Source: Oopsacas minuta
Lineage: Eukaryota; Animalia; Porifera
Length of the DNA stretch: 64,000 nt
Reading direction: 5' to 3'
Assembly (NCBI GenBank): GCA_024704765.1
Contig: JAKMXF010000325.1
Span: forward strand, 163,171 to 227,170
The notes under the pieces are model-generated. The model had not been told where the DNA came from and ran no database searches. It saw nothing but the letters and a program-made list of their open reading frames with translations. Position numbers and translations under genes: made by a program. Below are positions 1-10,918 of the stretch, piece after piece; positions within the stretch are counted from its first letter, which is position 1; each line of letters starts with the position of its first letter.

Positions 1-275
1 CTTGACGCTATACCAGTTTGTAATAACTACTACATAATATTATATATGTCATCCTCTAATAATATACTATGTCTATTTTCGACCACAATCTAAATGAATC
101 TATCTAAGCTACTTAGTTAATCTATTTAGCAAATTATACAAAGCAACTAGTAAACCACTTTTTTTAAGATAGAATTAACCAAACGAATTCAGACAAGAAA
201 TTAGTTCAATTATTTAGCCATTTAAAACCTGTTAAATTATTAACAAACATTGACCAATCAAAAGTGGAGCGAAAT

Positions 276-643
276 GTCGTGGAACGTTTTGTCGTGGAAC
301 GTTTTGTCGCTGGAACATTTTGTCGTGGAACGTTTTGTCGTGGAACGTTTTGTCGTGGAACGTTTTGTCGTGGAACGTTTTGTCGTGGAACGTTTTGTCG
401 TGGAACATTTTGTCGTGGAACATTTTGTCGTGGAACGTTTTGTCGCTGGAACATTTTGTCGTGGAACGTTTTGTCGTGGAACGTTTTGTCGTGGAACATT
501 TTGTCGTGGAACGTTTTGTCGTGGAACGTTTTGTCGTGGAACATTTTGTCGTGGAACATTTTGTCGTGGAACATTTTGTCGCTGGAACATTTTGTCGTGG
601 AACATTTTGTCGCTGGAACATTTTGTCGTGGAACGTTTTGTCG
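276..643. repeat. Minisatellite: 24 units of GTCGTGGAAC(G/A)TTTT (20 x 15 bp, plus 4 x 16-bp variant GTCGCTGGAACATTTT)
   Basis: Units counted directly from 276 to 639, plus a partial GTCG. It explains the six overlapping repetitive ORFs at 206-757. Confidence 0.97.
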
Positions 644-1713
644 GACTTCCCAGAAAATCAAATAAGAGACGATTTTTAGGTGTTCTTCAATAAAAAAGTT
701 TAGTACTCTTTTTAATATTATTACTTTTAACCGATTAATTGTTTTGACAATGATCAATGTATTTCATACGGAGTAGTTATAATGATAAAGTTATACTTCC
801 CAAATTTTCGGTTTTGCAGTTAATAGTTACATTCAAAAACTACAAATTTCAATAATTCAAATTTTACACTTGGAAGCATAAAAAGTTGAATGTCACCACT
901 GAAACACCATGCCACTATTAATGTGAAGAAATTTACGTGTAGCATATCTTCACTATTTTTATACTTATCACGCCAAATTTAACATTAGGTATCGCAAAAA
1001 CTAGAGCCAATTCGGATAAGCCGATGCCATTTTGAGATTCCCCGAGGTAAATATACATAGAAACGGATCTAACATATTAAGCAACAAATTGTTTGTTGAC
1101 CCGTGTAATTGATTGATTAAATAATTAATTAATAATTCGTTTTTCTTCTCTTGGACAATTTTTTTCTCGGAATACAAATATTGATATTGTTATATATCGA
1201 CAAGAGTAGCTGCTTTATAGGAGGCCATAATCTTTTGGATGGACGATAGATGATCAATTCAACAATTTTCAGATTAATTTTCGAATTCGAGCACATAGTG
1301 CTTGGTATATTTCGTCGTGCACTGACCAAAAGCATCATAAAACACTTAGGTTCTGCTATACTTAAGCTAGATCTGAGGTACGATGTGCCGTAACAATTAC
1401 CGCAGCGGTGCGGTATAGCAAATAAAGCCAGTTAGTGTATAATATTTCAGTATTTGTGTAGTAGTGAAGTCGAAGCTAGAGTAGGGTGGTGGTAAAGAGG
1501 TTGTACGTGATCTCTGAAGCGGCGGATTCTAATCTTTAAAATTTACACCTGAAAGGTTTGACATTTTCTTTTCAAAGAATTAAAATAATTTGCAAATCTA
1601 CACACAAAAATAACAAAAATTTTTATATAAATCTGATTGCTAAGTTTCGCAGAACGTTCGGATAGAGCTCCGGAGGCACATACCTCCAAAGTCAAAAATC
1701 TGAATATGTTATA

Positions 1714-3056
1714 CAGGGTGTTTCAAAAGTCTTGGCACCTATTCTAATGAAACCATCTATCTAGTTTATCAATGTAAATACTGTTAGATCTGGATACTAT
1801 CTTATTATAATGTCAGTTCAAGTATTCTAACGCATTATTCACCCTAATACCTTATATATTGTCGATAATCACAATTTTTTTTCGTTTTTTTGTAATTCGT
1901 AAACACTAGATAATGAATGTCAGAGATCATGGAATTGCAGTCCGTTCTAAAGCAATAGGCATGTTGGAAGCTGGTGTACCACTGAAAGATGTTGCTCTGA
2001 GGTTAGGTGTTGGATTACGTTCCATTAAAAGATGGTGGGCAGCAGCTAAATGTGGTCATTCATTGGAGACAAAGGCAAGGTCTGGCCGTCCGAAAACTCT
2101 AAATCGGGCCGCTAAGATAGTAATAGCGAAATCTTTGGAGAAACGAAGACATTCAACCCGAAATATAGCCAAGAGCTTAGCTGAAAAGGGCTATTCTGCT
2201 TCTTCTTCGACTGCCTATCGACATCTGACAAAAAATCTTGGTGCTAGAGCATTCAAACGGCCCCAAATCCCGCGAATTACTGAGAGGGTCAAGGGAAATC
2301 GGCTTTTGTTCGCCCACAATCATAAGGATTGGACTATTGAAGATTGGAGAAAGGTTCTTTGGTCGGACGAATCGCCCTTCGAACTATTTTCAACACCAAA
2401 CCGACAGAACGATAGAGTGTGGAGCAAAAATGGCAAAGATATCAGCCCAGTTTTCAAAGTGAAATTTCCTGCTAAAGTCATGGTATGGGGCATGATGTCA
2501 TACCGTGCCTTGTCAGAATTGCACATAATTCCTCAAAAGCAATCTGTAGACGCAGCATATTACCGTGATAATATACTAGGGGTTACTTGTCTTGATGCCA
2601 TTATCCGTTCTTCTAAACAGGTAGCATTGTGGAAAGATCAATGTTGTTAAACATGTCGGATTTTTTATTCATGCAGGACGGTGCTCCAGCATACACGGCT
2701 AAAGCTACGCAAGAATGGTGCACAAACAATTTCCCCCGCTTTTGGAAGAAAGCCGAGTGACCAGCCAACTCTCCTGACTTAAATCCTATCGAGGATTTAT
2801 GGTCTATATTAGCTGATAGGGTGGATAAGTTAGGTCAAGTGAACACAATTCAGAACCTAATTCAGAACCTCAAATTCGCCTGGATCAGTATTGATGCTGA
2901 TATTTTAAATAATTTAGTTAGTGGCATGCCTGATAGGATTAGAAAAGTAATAGAATTGCATGGTGATTATATTGGCCAATAAAATCGATAGTGTGTGTAT
3001 GCTATGTAGTATATAATTTACGTTACTCGAGGTGCCAAGACTTTTGAAAAACCCTG
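1714..3056 (+). mobile_element. Tc1/mariner-superfamily DNA transposon (DD37E), full length, inactivated
   Basis: 27-bp TIRs CAGGGTGTTTCAAAAGTCTTGGCACCT (1714-1740) and 3030-3056 with one mismatch. TA on both sides (1712-13, 3057-58). Transposase inside. Confidence 0.95.
1913..2982 (+). pseudogene. Tc1-like transposase with a frameshift (~2617) and a nonsense codon (TGA 2758-2760)
   Basis: HTH region, GRP motif and WSDES in ORF 1913-2650. Continuation in another frame gives MQDGAPAY...E*PANSPDLNPIE...HGDYIGQ* (stop 2980-2982). There are 37 residues between the second D and the E. Confidence 0.93.
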
Positions 3057-3282
3057 TAGTTGGCGGGTGTGTAGTTAAAGCCTTAAATCATTCGCTTTCC
3101 AAGTCTTGACCGAATAATTATAGAAAAAGCCATGGCAACGTACATTAATCAAACGTTATTTCTACAAGGCACTTGTAACGGGCGGTCCGTTTTGGGCGTG
3201 ACAATACTATTAGTTCCGTAAAATTTACGATACGAAAACATGAGCAATTTTAATATAATAAATTTATTATTCAAATTTAGTA

Positions 3283-4201
3283 ATGGCGACTGAATCTTCT
3301 GCAGGCCTTCCAATAATAGCAGTTTGTGGTGCAACAGGTAATCAAGGGGGTAGTGTAGTGAAAGCACTTCTAGCAACCAAGAAATACCGTGTAAGAGCTC
3401 TCACACGAAAACCAGATGGAGAAAAAACGAAATCCCTCCGTGACATAGGCTGTGAAGTCATAAAGATTGATTTCGATCAGAGTATAGAAGAAATGAAATC
3501 ATCTTTTGTTGGATGTCAAGGAGCATTTCTTGTTACCAACTTCACGGAACATCTCAATATTGAGAAGGAGATAGCACAGGGACTAGCTCTTGCAAAGGTA
3601 ACTAAAGAAACTGTTGGTATGAAACATGTCATATGGAGTACACTAGAAGACACCCAAGCGTTCAAGGAATTCAGTGCTAAATACAATGTCGAGTTTTTTT
3701 AATGCGAAAATTAAGGTCAACGAGTTCATGACATCAATCAATCTTCCAGTAACGTTTTTCTATACATCTTACTATTGGGAAAACATAATTGATTTGGCGC
3801 CACCACAAAAACAAGAAGACGGAACATATAACTTAGTGTACCCCTTGGATAACGTACCGTTACCAGGTTTAACAACAGTGGATATTGGAAGGGCAGTGGT
3901 TGCTCTTATTGAGAAGGGGCTAGGAGAGCCAGGGGAATTTTTCGGATTAGCTAGTGATCATCTACTTATCTCAGAAATGGCAAACATCCTAAGTGAAGTT
4001 AGTGGGGAACATGTCAAATCCGTCAGTCTAGATCCTCAACTATTAAGAGAAAAGGGAGATACTGTTTCTGTTATGCTAGCCAATGTATTCCAATACAAGC
4101 ATGAGCACAATAAAGAGTATTGCGAAGTGCGAGCTCTCATAAAGCCTACTTCCTTTCAGGATTTTTGTAAAGAGAATTTAGCTTTGATATTCAAAGTCTG
4201 A
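3283..4201 (+). CDS. NmrA-like NAD(P)-binding protein (atypical SDR), single exon, split by one extra T in a T7 run (3694-3700); about 305 aa if corrected
   Basis: IAVCGATGNQGGSVV Rossmann motif, VRALTRKP, AFLVTNF and HVIWSTLE. Removing one T joins the two ORFs as KYNVEFFNAKIKVNEF, which aligns with the NmrA VPHFDxK region, followed by TFFYTSYYWEN. Confidence 0.85.
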
Positions 4202-4336
4202 TTTGGTTTAGGGGTGTGATTTAGTTTTTTAGTTTCTGTATTTCATTCAACCTTAGTGATATTAGAATTTACTCAGTAGTCATTAATGTTGTGATCTCAT
4301 GTTTAAAGGAGGAAAATCATAATACTACATCCCCTT

Positions 4337-4495
4337 CAGGGTTTCATTTATGGGGGGGGCATTTGCCCCCCTTGGATCTTAAGTGCCCCCTCCTTGGATT
4401 TTAAAAATACATTGATCAAAACTGAAGTTATTAAGACTCACATTCCCAAAACTCTACTTTGCCCCCCCTTGTCTAAATGTCTGGATGAAACACTG
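4337..4495. mobile_element. Short MITE-like element with GGGGCATTTGCCCCCC core
   Basis: Imperfect TIRs CAGGGTTTCATTTA / TGGATGAAACACTG, flanked by CCCTT on both sides. Confidence 0.55.
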
Positions 4496-4773
4496 CCCTT
4501 CTGGTGTCAAAAAGTGCGAATATGTCGATCTTTTTGGGAAATGAGTAAAATGTTTCGATCAATTACGATCGTTGACAAGCACATGGTATTACCTGCCCAC
4601 TTCCGAATAAGTTCGTTATAAGCGTGTTCCACAGTATACTGTATCGAGGGCCTTTGAGCCTTGAAATCCTTCATTATAATGGTAGTTGACTTTAATTATC
4701 TGTTAATAAGGTCTTTATTTCAGTTTGTATGTCCAAATTTGTTGTTTGGGTCAATTGTCCACTGAAGAAGATA

Positions 4774-5008
4774 CCGTAAACTGGGGCTACTTTGGTCCAC
4801 TGGGTTTGCTTTAGCCCAATTATCAAAGTTTCAAAGAAACTAGATTAGATTCAGTATCATACTTGAAAATGACTTGCCAAATTTTTGACGAATTTTCAAA
4901 TTTCGGTAGACAATTTCGAATACAAATACAATATCTATTCGATACGTAAGCAAATTTCAATATTTGGGCTAAGCAAACCCAGTGGGCCTAAGTAGCCCCA
5001 GTTTACGG
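4774..5008. mobile_element. pogo/Tc1-type MITE (235 bp)
   Basis: About 45-bp TIRs CCGTAAACTGGGGCTACTT... / ...AAGTAGCCCCAGTTTACGG, with TA at 4772-73 and 5009-10. Confidence 0.85.
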
Positions 5009-7249
5009 TAGTTCGACGAGTTCTTCATGTCTTATAATCTAGCTACAGGGGAGTAGCTAGAGTTGATTGTCTAGGGCTCTAGGCTAGGCATAGATACGCC
5101 CATATAGCTGGCTTGTGTCCTCTCCATAATTACAATGTATTTATTCAGCAATGTTTCAACCGATACGAGCGGTGTGACACGAACTTTTTCGAAAGCTGTG
5201 CAGCTTGCTGTACCGGTTGGCGCATAACTTCTGTTACAGGTTTTATAAAATCACACATTTTCCCGGCTGTATTCAGTTAATTCAAGATAAAGGTGGGTAG
5301 TTTCATTAGTTAACTGTTTGATTAAATTTGTAATAACACTAATCCCCTGTGAACCTCCTATACAACTTTTTTCATATTTGGGAACCCTATCCGATAGCCT
5401 GCAATCCAAACTTACGCTCTGTAGTCCCCAGTATAGCACCCTGGACTACCAAGATCCATGCACTCTAGGTTGGCAACGCTCATCGAAGTTGTTCATTTTT
5501 GAAATATCTTTGACCAAGCTTGCTAAATGGACGCTAGTTCGGGTGAGACATGTCGTACTAGCTGGCCTGTTCCATATTCCATAAGTATCGCCACTGATCA
5601 CTAGCTCTTAGTCAATAATTACAAATTATTAGTTATCAGTCAGCGTGATCAATTGGAAATTTGTAGTATTTAGTAGTTTTATACTGGATCTTAAATACAT
5701 TCAGTGGAACATGTATAAACCGACACCTGTATACTACAGAAAGCCTCAATAATTCGCCAGTCTTTCTAATCCTAATACCTTCCGATAATCGTCACATTAC
5801 TCACCCTTTTGTTCTGTTTGAGAACTTTAATGAGTGGGATGGGTCATCATCCACAGGTCATATAGGTCATTGGAGATAGGTCCGTTTGAGTTACCCATTT
5901 ACCATAAATTCTGAGATACGTATTATGTAGTCCTGTGCTGAGTGGCGGATACCGGGAGTTTAGAGGTAATTTACATGATATGAAATCAAAGTGGAATTGG
6001 AAATTCATGCACTGAATACTGGCTCAAATTCCAAACCGTAAATTTAGGCTCGCTTCGCTTGCATCTTTCCCTATAAATCTTGTTATATTATCAAAGTTTC
6101 AGGTATATACATTGTATTACAAGAATTGTAGTGGCTCGAACTGTAATGGTGGGTCTGTACAAGTATTATGAGCAAGACAACACTTGATATGTTTATGAAA
6201 GTTTTGTTCAAGTTGAAACCAAATATATACGTTGGTAATTTATTTGAAAAGGATCTTGTGCAAGTGCAAATGTATACAAATAATATAACATGTTGATATA
6301 CACAATGAGATAATGTACTTACATAATCAACCGGAAATTTCCATGTCAAATGTCTATTGCGCAGTTAAGAGAAAGAATTTCGAAATGGAGGTACCCTGAC
6401 AGTAGAATGGCAACGAATTTTGTGGAAAATAGGGCTTGTCGTTACAGCACCCCCAGACCCCCAACTGTATTATTATCCTTCCCACAGCTATTCCTGAATC
6501 CGCCATTACCTGTGCTGTGTGCATGCGGTTATCCAGTGTTCCCTCCAGTATTCCCTTCATTGGTATCCGGTGGTTATTCCTCCATAATTTTCTCATTTTC
6601 TGACTTACCCTTCTGTGTTTTCACTTAAGAAAGTTTAATCCTCAGGATATTTTCCTGTACTACCAGGAATTTTGTTGACACTCAGAATTTTGACAGACCC
6701 TCCTGGCAGATATGGTGGCCCCGAAAATTATAGGGAATCGGGTTAACCCCACTGCACATTACAATTAAGATCAGTTCATGAGCTACCCAAAATGTCAATC
6801 TGCATGCGGAACTAGTGCTAATAATATATGACCTTCCAGTCTTTCCTCAACATCAAATATTTTGCACAAGATACTTAAGATATGTATTTCAATAGATCTT
6901 TTTCATGTGCAAATATCACGAAATCTTAAACTCTATTTTGCATAAATTCACACTATTTCATCTCTATTAAACACATAACATCAATCATCAGAATACTGAG
7001 ATGGATCATTAATTCACAAGCATGTATCTAGGTATGCTCCTGATAGTCTACTCCCATTATATCCAGGCAAATTGACCACGATAATTCCTTCTATTTAACC
7101 AATGAAATATATATATTACAACAAATTTGTTGGCTTTGGACAATATTTATACAATAGTAATTATGTAGTAAATGACCATGAGCTACACTACAGGCATGTC
7201 TACTGACTATTTGTATTAATTCATAATCCTATAAATATTTAGCAATAAT

Positions 7250-8118
7250 GGCCACAGCTAATCATATTGAATCAGAACCTGTTGAAGATAATTTACAGAG
7301 AGTCAGAACTGGAATTGATTACTCGAGCAAGATACAACCTTTAGTGAGTGTTTGTAAGAAAGAAAATGGAAAAGATAAACTTAAATTCCTACTTGTGTTG
7401 CAGTAGATAATAAACTGGAGATATTTATATATTAGATTGTTACAATAACTGTGTTAAAGTATTTGACAGTACTGCAAAGTAGATATTCAAATTTGGTGAC
7501 AGTAATGGTGAAGGAAAGATTCCCTATCCAAGAAGATTAGTTATTTGTAGGAGTAGGATTTTAATTACTCATAACTACTGTATATTCAATTATATCCTTG
7601 ATGGTGAATTTGTTTCTAGAATTGGTAAACAGGGAATAGGAGAGTTAGAATTTAACTATCCTTGGGGTATAGCAATCAATGAATCTAATGATGATATTTA
7701 TATTTGTGATTATTCTAACAATCGAGTTCAAATACTCTCACAAGATTTCCTATTCAAATCACAAATTGGTTCATTCACACGCCCTCGTGATGTTAAACTC
7801 TCTAAAGAATACATTTATGTGTTAGATGAATCTAATCCTTGTATCCATCTATTCAATCATAACTACATACTCCAGAAGAGTGTAATTTCACTAAGACAAG
7901 GAAATCAAGTCATTAATCCCCGATCATTCTTTATTGACAATTCTAACAACATTCTGATTCCTGATTATTTTTCTAATTCTATTTGTATCTTCAATCCTGA
8001 ATTCCAATAAATTCACAATATTCAAGTCTCAAAGCATCCAACATCAATAACAGTGGACAATCATGATAGAGTTATTGTTGTGTGTTATCATGCTATGAAC
8101 TGTCTACAGATATTTTGA
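7250..8118 (+). pseudogene. NHL-repeat (TRIM2/3-like six-bladed beta-propeller) pseudogene
   Basis: Reading across lesions gives IDYSSKIQPLVSVC...IGKQGIGELEFNYPWGIAINESNDDIYICDYSNNRVQI...RPRDVKL...CLQIF*. In-frame stops at 7480-82 and 8008-10, plus a frameshift near 7390. Start boundary is approximate. Confidence 0.85.
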
Positions 8119-8426
8119 TTACAAGTCTATGTGTTTGACTTCTATATTTCTTTGTTTTCATTTCCTTCCATAATTTTATGTGTTCACATATATCCTTACC
8201 TTATGATTCGATTCTTGATTAGTTTCCTATTTATTCAAACTCTTAATTCTATATTAATTTCAGTTTCACATAATTTCCATGAGTATCATGAGCATTCCTG
8301 ATGTATTGCATTTTCATTATCTCAATATTTAGGAAGGATACGCCTGTAGATTACCCGTAAGGTAAGCTAACAAACCATTAAATCTAATACATTTTCGTAA
8401 GAGTTTGATTCTATGATTCAGTATTA

Positions 8427-8840
8427 TCAACTCCCGTTTACACGGTACTGTAATAGATTCTGTTCTATAGCAGTAGTAACAATTAATTCCTGTTCTTTCA
8501 GGGCTTGATCAAATCGTTGTTGTTTGGTAGAAGAAGAAAAACGAGGTGAACAGTCGGAGAGGAATCTTGGCATCGCTTCTTTAACTAATTTAGGTTTGGT
8601 GGGTACTTCTAAATATGATCCATCTGATTGAAGGGCAGGATAACTTGTAATAATGTATTCTGGGAGGAAATGTTTAGAACAAACAAATACACATTTCAAG
8701 TCTCGGATATCTTCCCTGCAGAGCACACCTAGCCATTGATCGATAAGCATAAGTGGACCACTTGGTAGCTTAAATGCAGGAGTATAAGGTTCTCCTCAAT
8801 AATTACTCCGACAGTTAGGGGCCGAACACTTGTTAGGCAT
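8427..8840 (-). pseudogene. THAP zinc-finger (C2CH) domain remnant, likely P-element-like transposase or THAP protein
   Basis: MPNKCSAPNCRSNY*GEPYTPAFKLP...QWL...VCSKHF...KLVKEAMP. ATG at 8840 is in frame with ORF 8427-8750; in-frame TGA at 8796-8798. Confidence 0.8.
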
Positions 8841-9084
8841 GACAAGCTAACTGAAAGTATAATAGATTAATATACATAAGAAAAGGAGAAATCGAGAAGT
8901 AAAATAAAGAAATGTATATAAGCAAAATAAAAATAATATAATATGAGGGAGAAGCGACAATACGCAGATAAAACTACGAGATGGCAAGGGGTAACGGGTG
9001 GAGAATACGTAAAATGTTCAGTTTCAATTAAAATCTTACAAGAACAATTTAATAGTTCACGATTTGGATGGATATCATCTAATA

Positions 9085-9166
9085 CATTGGTTCTCAACCT
9101 TTTTTCTTCCGCGGACCTCTTTGGTCCATTTTATGGGGTCAGCGGATCCCAGGTTGAGAACCACCG
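9085..9166. mobile_element. 82-bp hAT (Charlie-like) mini-MITE
   Basis: TIRs CATTGGTTCTCAACC / GGTTGAGAACCACCG; 8-bp TSD ATCTAATA / ATCTAACA. Confidence 0.75.
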
Positions 9167-9284
9167 ATCTAACACATCATTATTTGTAATAATAATTAAT
9201 GCCCTTAACCAACATCCATGGTCTAAATTTTCACTTCAGTGAACGAGCCTTATTATAACGTGGGTAACGAATAAGTACATTTTT

Positions 9285-9710
9285 AGGGCAGCTCCTATGG
9301 GAGATGCGACTTTGGTACGTCCGTCCGTTTGGTGCAAATCTAGCAGTCCGATTAACATGAAAATTGGTATACATATACATTGTGGGTCGGAAATTTACAC
9401 CCCGGGTATGAATTTTTCATAAAATGAATATTCACACCTTTCCATGTAAACTTCAAAAGCATTCTAGGGATTAAGTTTCAACATGTTGTCAGGGGTAATT
9501 GACCGAGTAGAGTCCGATTGTGAAATTTTCAGTGTCTGAAACCTACGAATACACAGATTAATCATATTTTCACACCTTTTGCTAATATTTCTAAAATGAT
9601 GCTAGAGATTTTTGTTTCAATTGCTAGTTAGTGTTAAACGAGTATGTAGATTTCAAATGTCACATTTTCAAATCTATATCTACATGATTTATCATATAAT
9701 TACTCATATC
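9285..9710 (+). repeat. Interspersed repeat, Helitron/DINE-like non-autonomous family
   Basis: Shares the block AAATCTAGCAGTCCGATTAACATGAAAATTGG...CACCCCGGGTATGAA with ~42930-43080 (inverted) and ~54925-55010. Further similar blocks at ~42700-42900 and ~54280-54640. Carries a GTCC microsatellite-like motif. Class assignment is inference. Confidence 0.6.
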
Positions 9711-9795
9711 CGTAAGCGTCGAACCCACCCGGCTCTACCCGGAGTTCTGTTAGTGAATTGTGAGTGTGATATTAATTTATGCCATGAATGTAGCG

Positions 9796-10055
9796 GCCCC
9801 GGTGTAACAGCCTAGATTAACCTCCCAACCCAGTTTAACCCCGGGTATAGTCTAGGCTAGCCTAGATTAACCTCCAGGTATAAACGGGGCTAGCCCAGGT
9901 TATACCCTCAAAAGGGGGTTAATCTGCCCCGGTGTAACAGCCTAGATTAACCTCCCAACCCAGTTTAACCCCGGGTATAGTCTAGGCTAGCCTAGATTAA
10001 CCTCCAGGTATAAACGGGGCTAGCCCAGGTTATACCCTCAAAAGGGGGTTAATCT
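9796..10055. repeat. Exact 130-bp tandem duplication (9796-9925 = 9926-10055) covering the left terminus of the Ginger MITE
   Basis: Base-by-base identity of the two units. Confidence 0.92.
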
Positions 10056-10690
10056 GGGATAGGCTAGTTTATACTCAGGGGGTTAGTCTAGGCCAGTGAT
10101 TCTCAACGGGGTCCACTTGGCCCCCCCTGGGGAGGAATTTCAAGTCCATGGGGAGGATTATGTTTAAGGAATATCCACCAGGCTCTTGGGTCACTGACCA
10201 CTCAAAATCGGTTCACCTAGTTAATTAATTTCGACTTGACCTGGTTCAGAACTTGGACAAATATTTATATTATCTAACCAAATATTATAGATCGAACACA
10301 TCCAAACATAGAAGTAATCTAAATAATAATACTTATTCGGTAACATTATTCACAGTTCAGTTTGTTGATATCAAATATCATATTTTTGCATTATTTGTTA
10401 TATATTTCGGATAGTTATACGTAGTTCTATTCAAAATGCCAAAACGAAAATTTTCAATTGTTTGTTTGGTAGACTAACTGAAAAATTAATCATTGCTATT
10501 ACAAAAATTAAGGTATAATAATGATTCAAATATAAGGAGCCAGAGGCTACGGAAGAACTTGGAGGTTGCTAAGGGAGGAATGTGATGTCGGACGTTGAGA
10601 AACACTGATCTAGGCTCAGAAGGTATAAACCAGCCTAGCCTAGTTTATACCCGGGTATATTCTGGTGGGGGGTTAATTTGAGCTGCTATA
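9803..10690 (+). mobile_element. Non-autonomous Ginger-family element (MITE), same termini as the element at 47255-49739
   Basis: Left end CCGG|TGTAACAGCCTAGATTAACC; right end GGTTAATTTGAGCTGCTATA|CTGG (degenerate TIR, 4-bp TSD CCGG/CTGG). Shares subterminal CTAGCC..TTATACCC repeats. Confidence 0.8.
10094..10607. mobile_element. hAT (Charlie-like) MITE nested in the Ginger MITE
   Basis: TIRs CAGTGATTCTCAACG / CGTTGAGAAACACTG; 8-bp TSD GTCTAGGC / ATCTAGGC. Confidence 0.85.
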
Positions 10691-10725
10691 CTGGAATCGA
10701 TTGGGCCCATTTCCGACACCTATGA

Positions 10726-10918
10726 TCGAGTAACCTCTTGTGCCGGATGTCAGAGGTTGTCGCTTTTGGGAAGCTCCGTGTAATGTAATGGGCGAAAAAA
10801 TTTATGATACATGTCAATATTTTTACATTGGAACATGAAGGCCAATTATTCTCATCTCTATAAAAGACAACAATTACAAGTACTGCAGACAGAAATTTAG
10901 ATTATAAGATATAACAAA
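10726..10918 (+). repeat. Interspersed repeat, copy 1 (copy 2 at ~55723-55928, same orientation)
   Basis: Shared TCGAGTAACCTCTTGTGCCGGA...GGGAAGCTCCGT...GAAATTTAGATTATAAGATATAACAAA. Confidence 0.8.

Noticed and set aside
276-643. CRISPR-like array
   Set aside because: Units are head-to-tail with no unique spacers, there are no cas genes, and the context is eukaryotic.
206-757. Six overlapping repetitive ORFs (RQNVP, FHDKT, VVERF repeats)
   Set aside because: They are by-products of a stop-free 15-bp minisatellite, open on both strands, with no unique coding context.
2758-2760. In-frame TGA as selenocysteine or alternative genetic code
   Set aside because: It replaces the conserved Trp of WPxNSPDL by a single G-to-A change in a dead transposon; intact genes here use TGG for Trp and TGA as stop.
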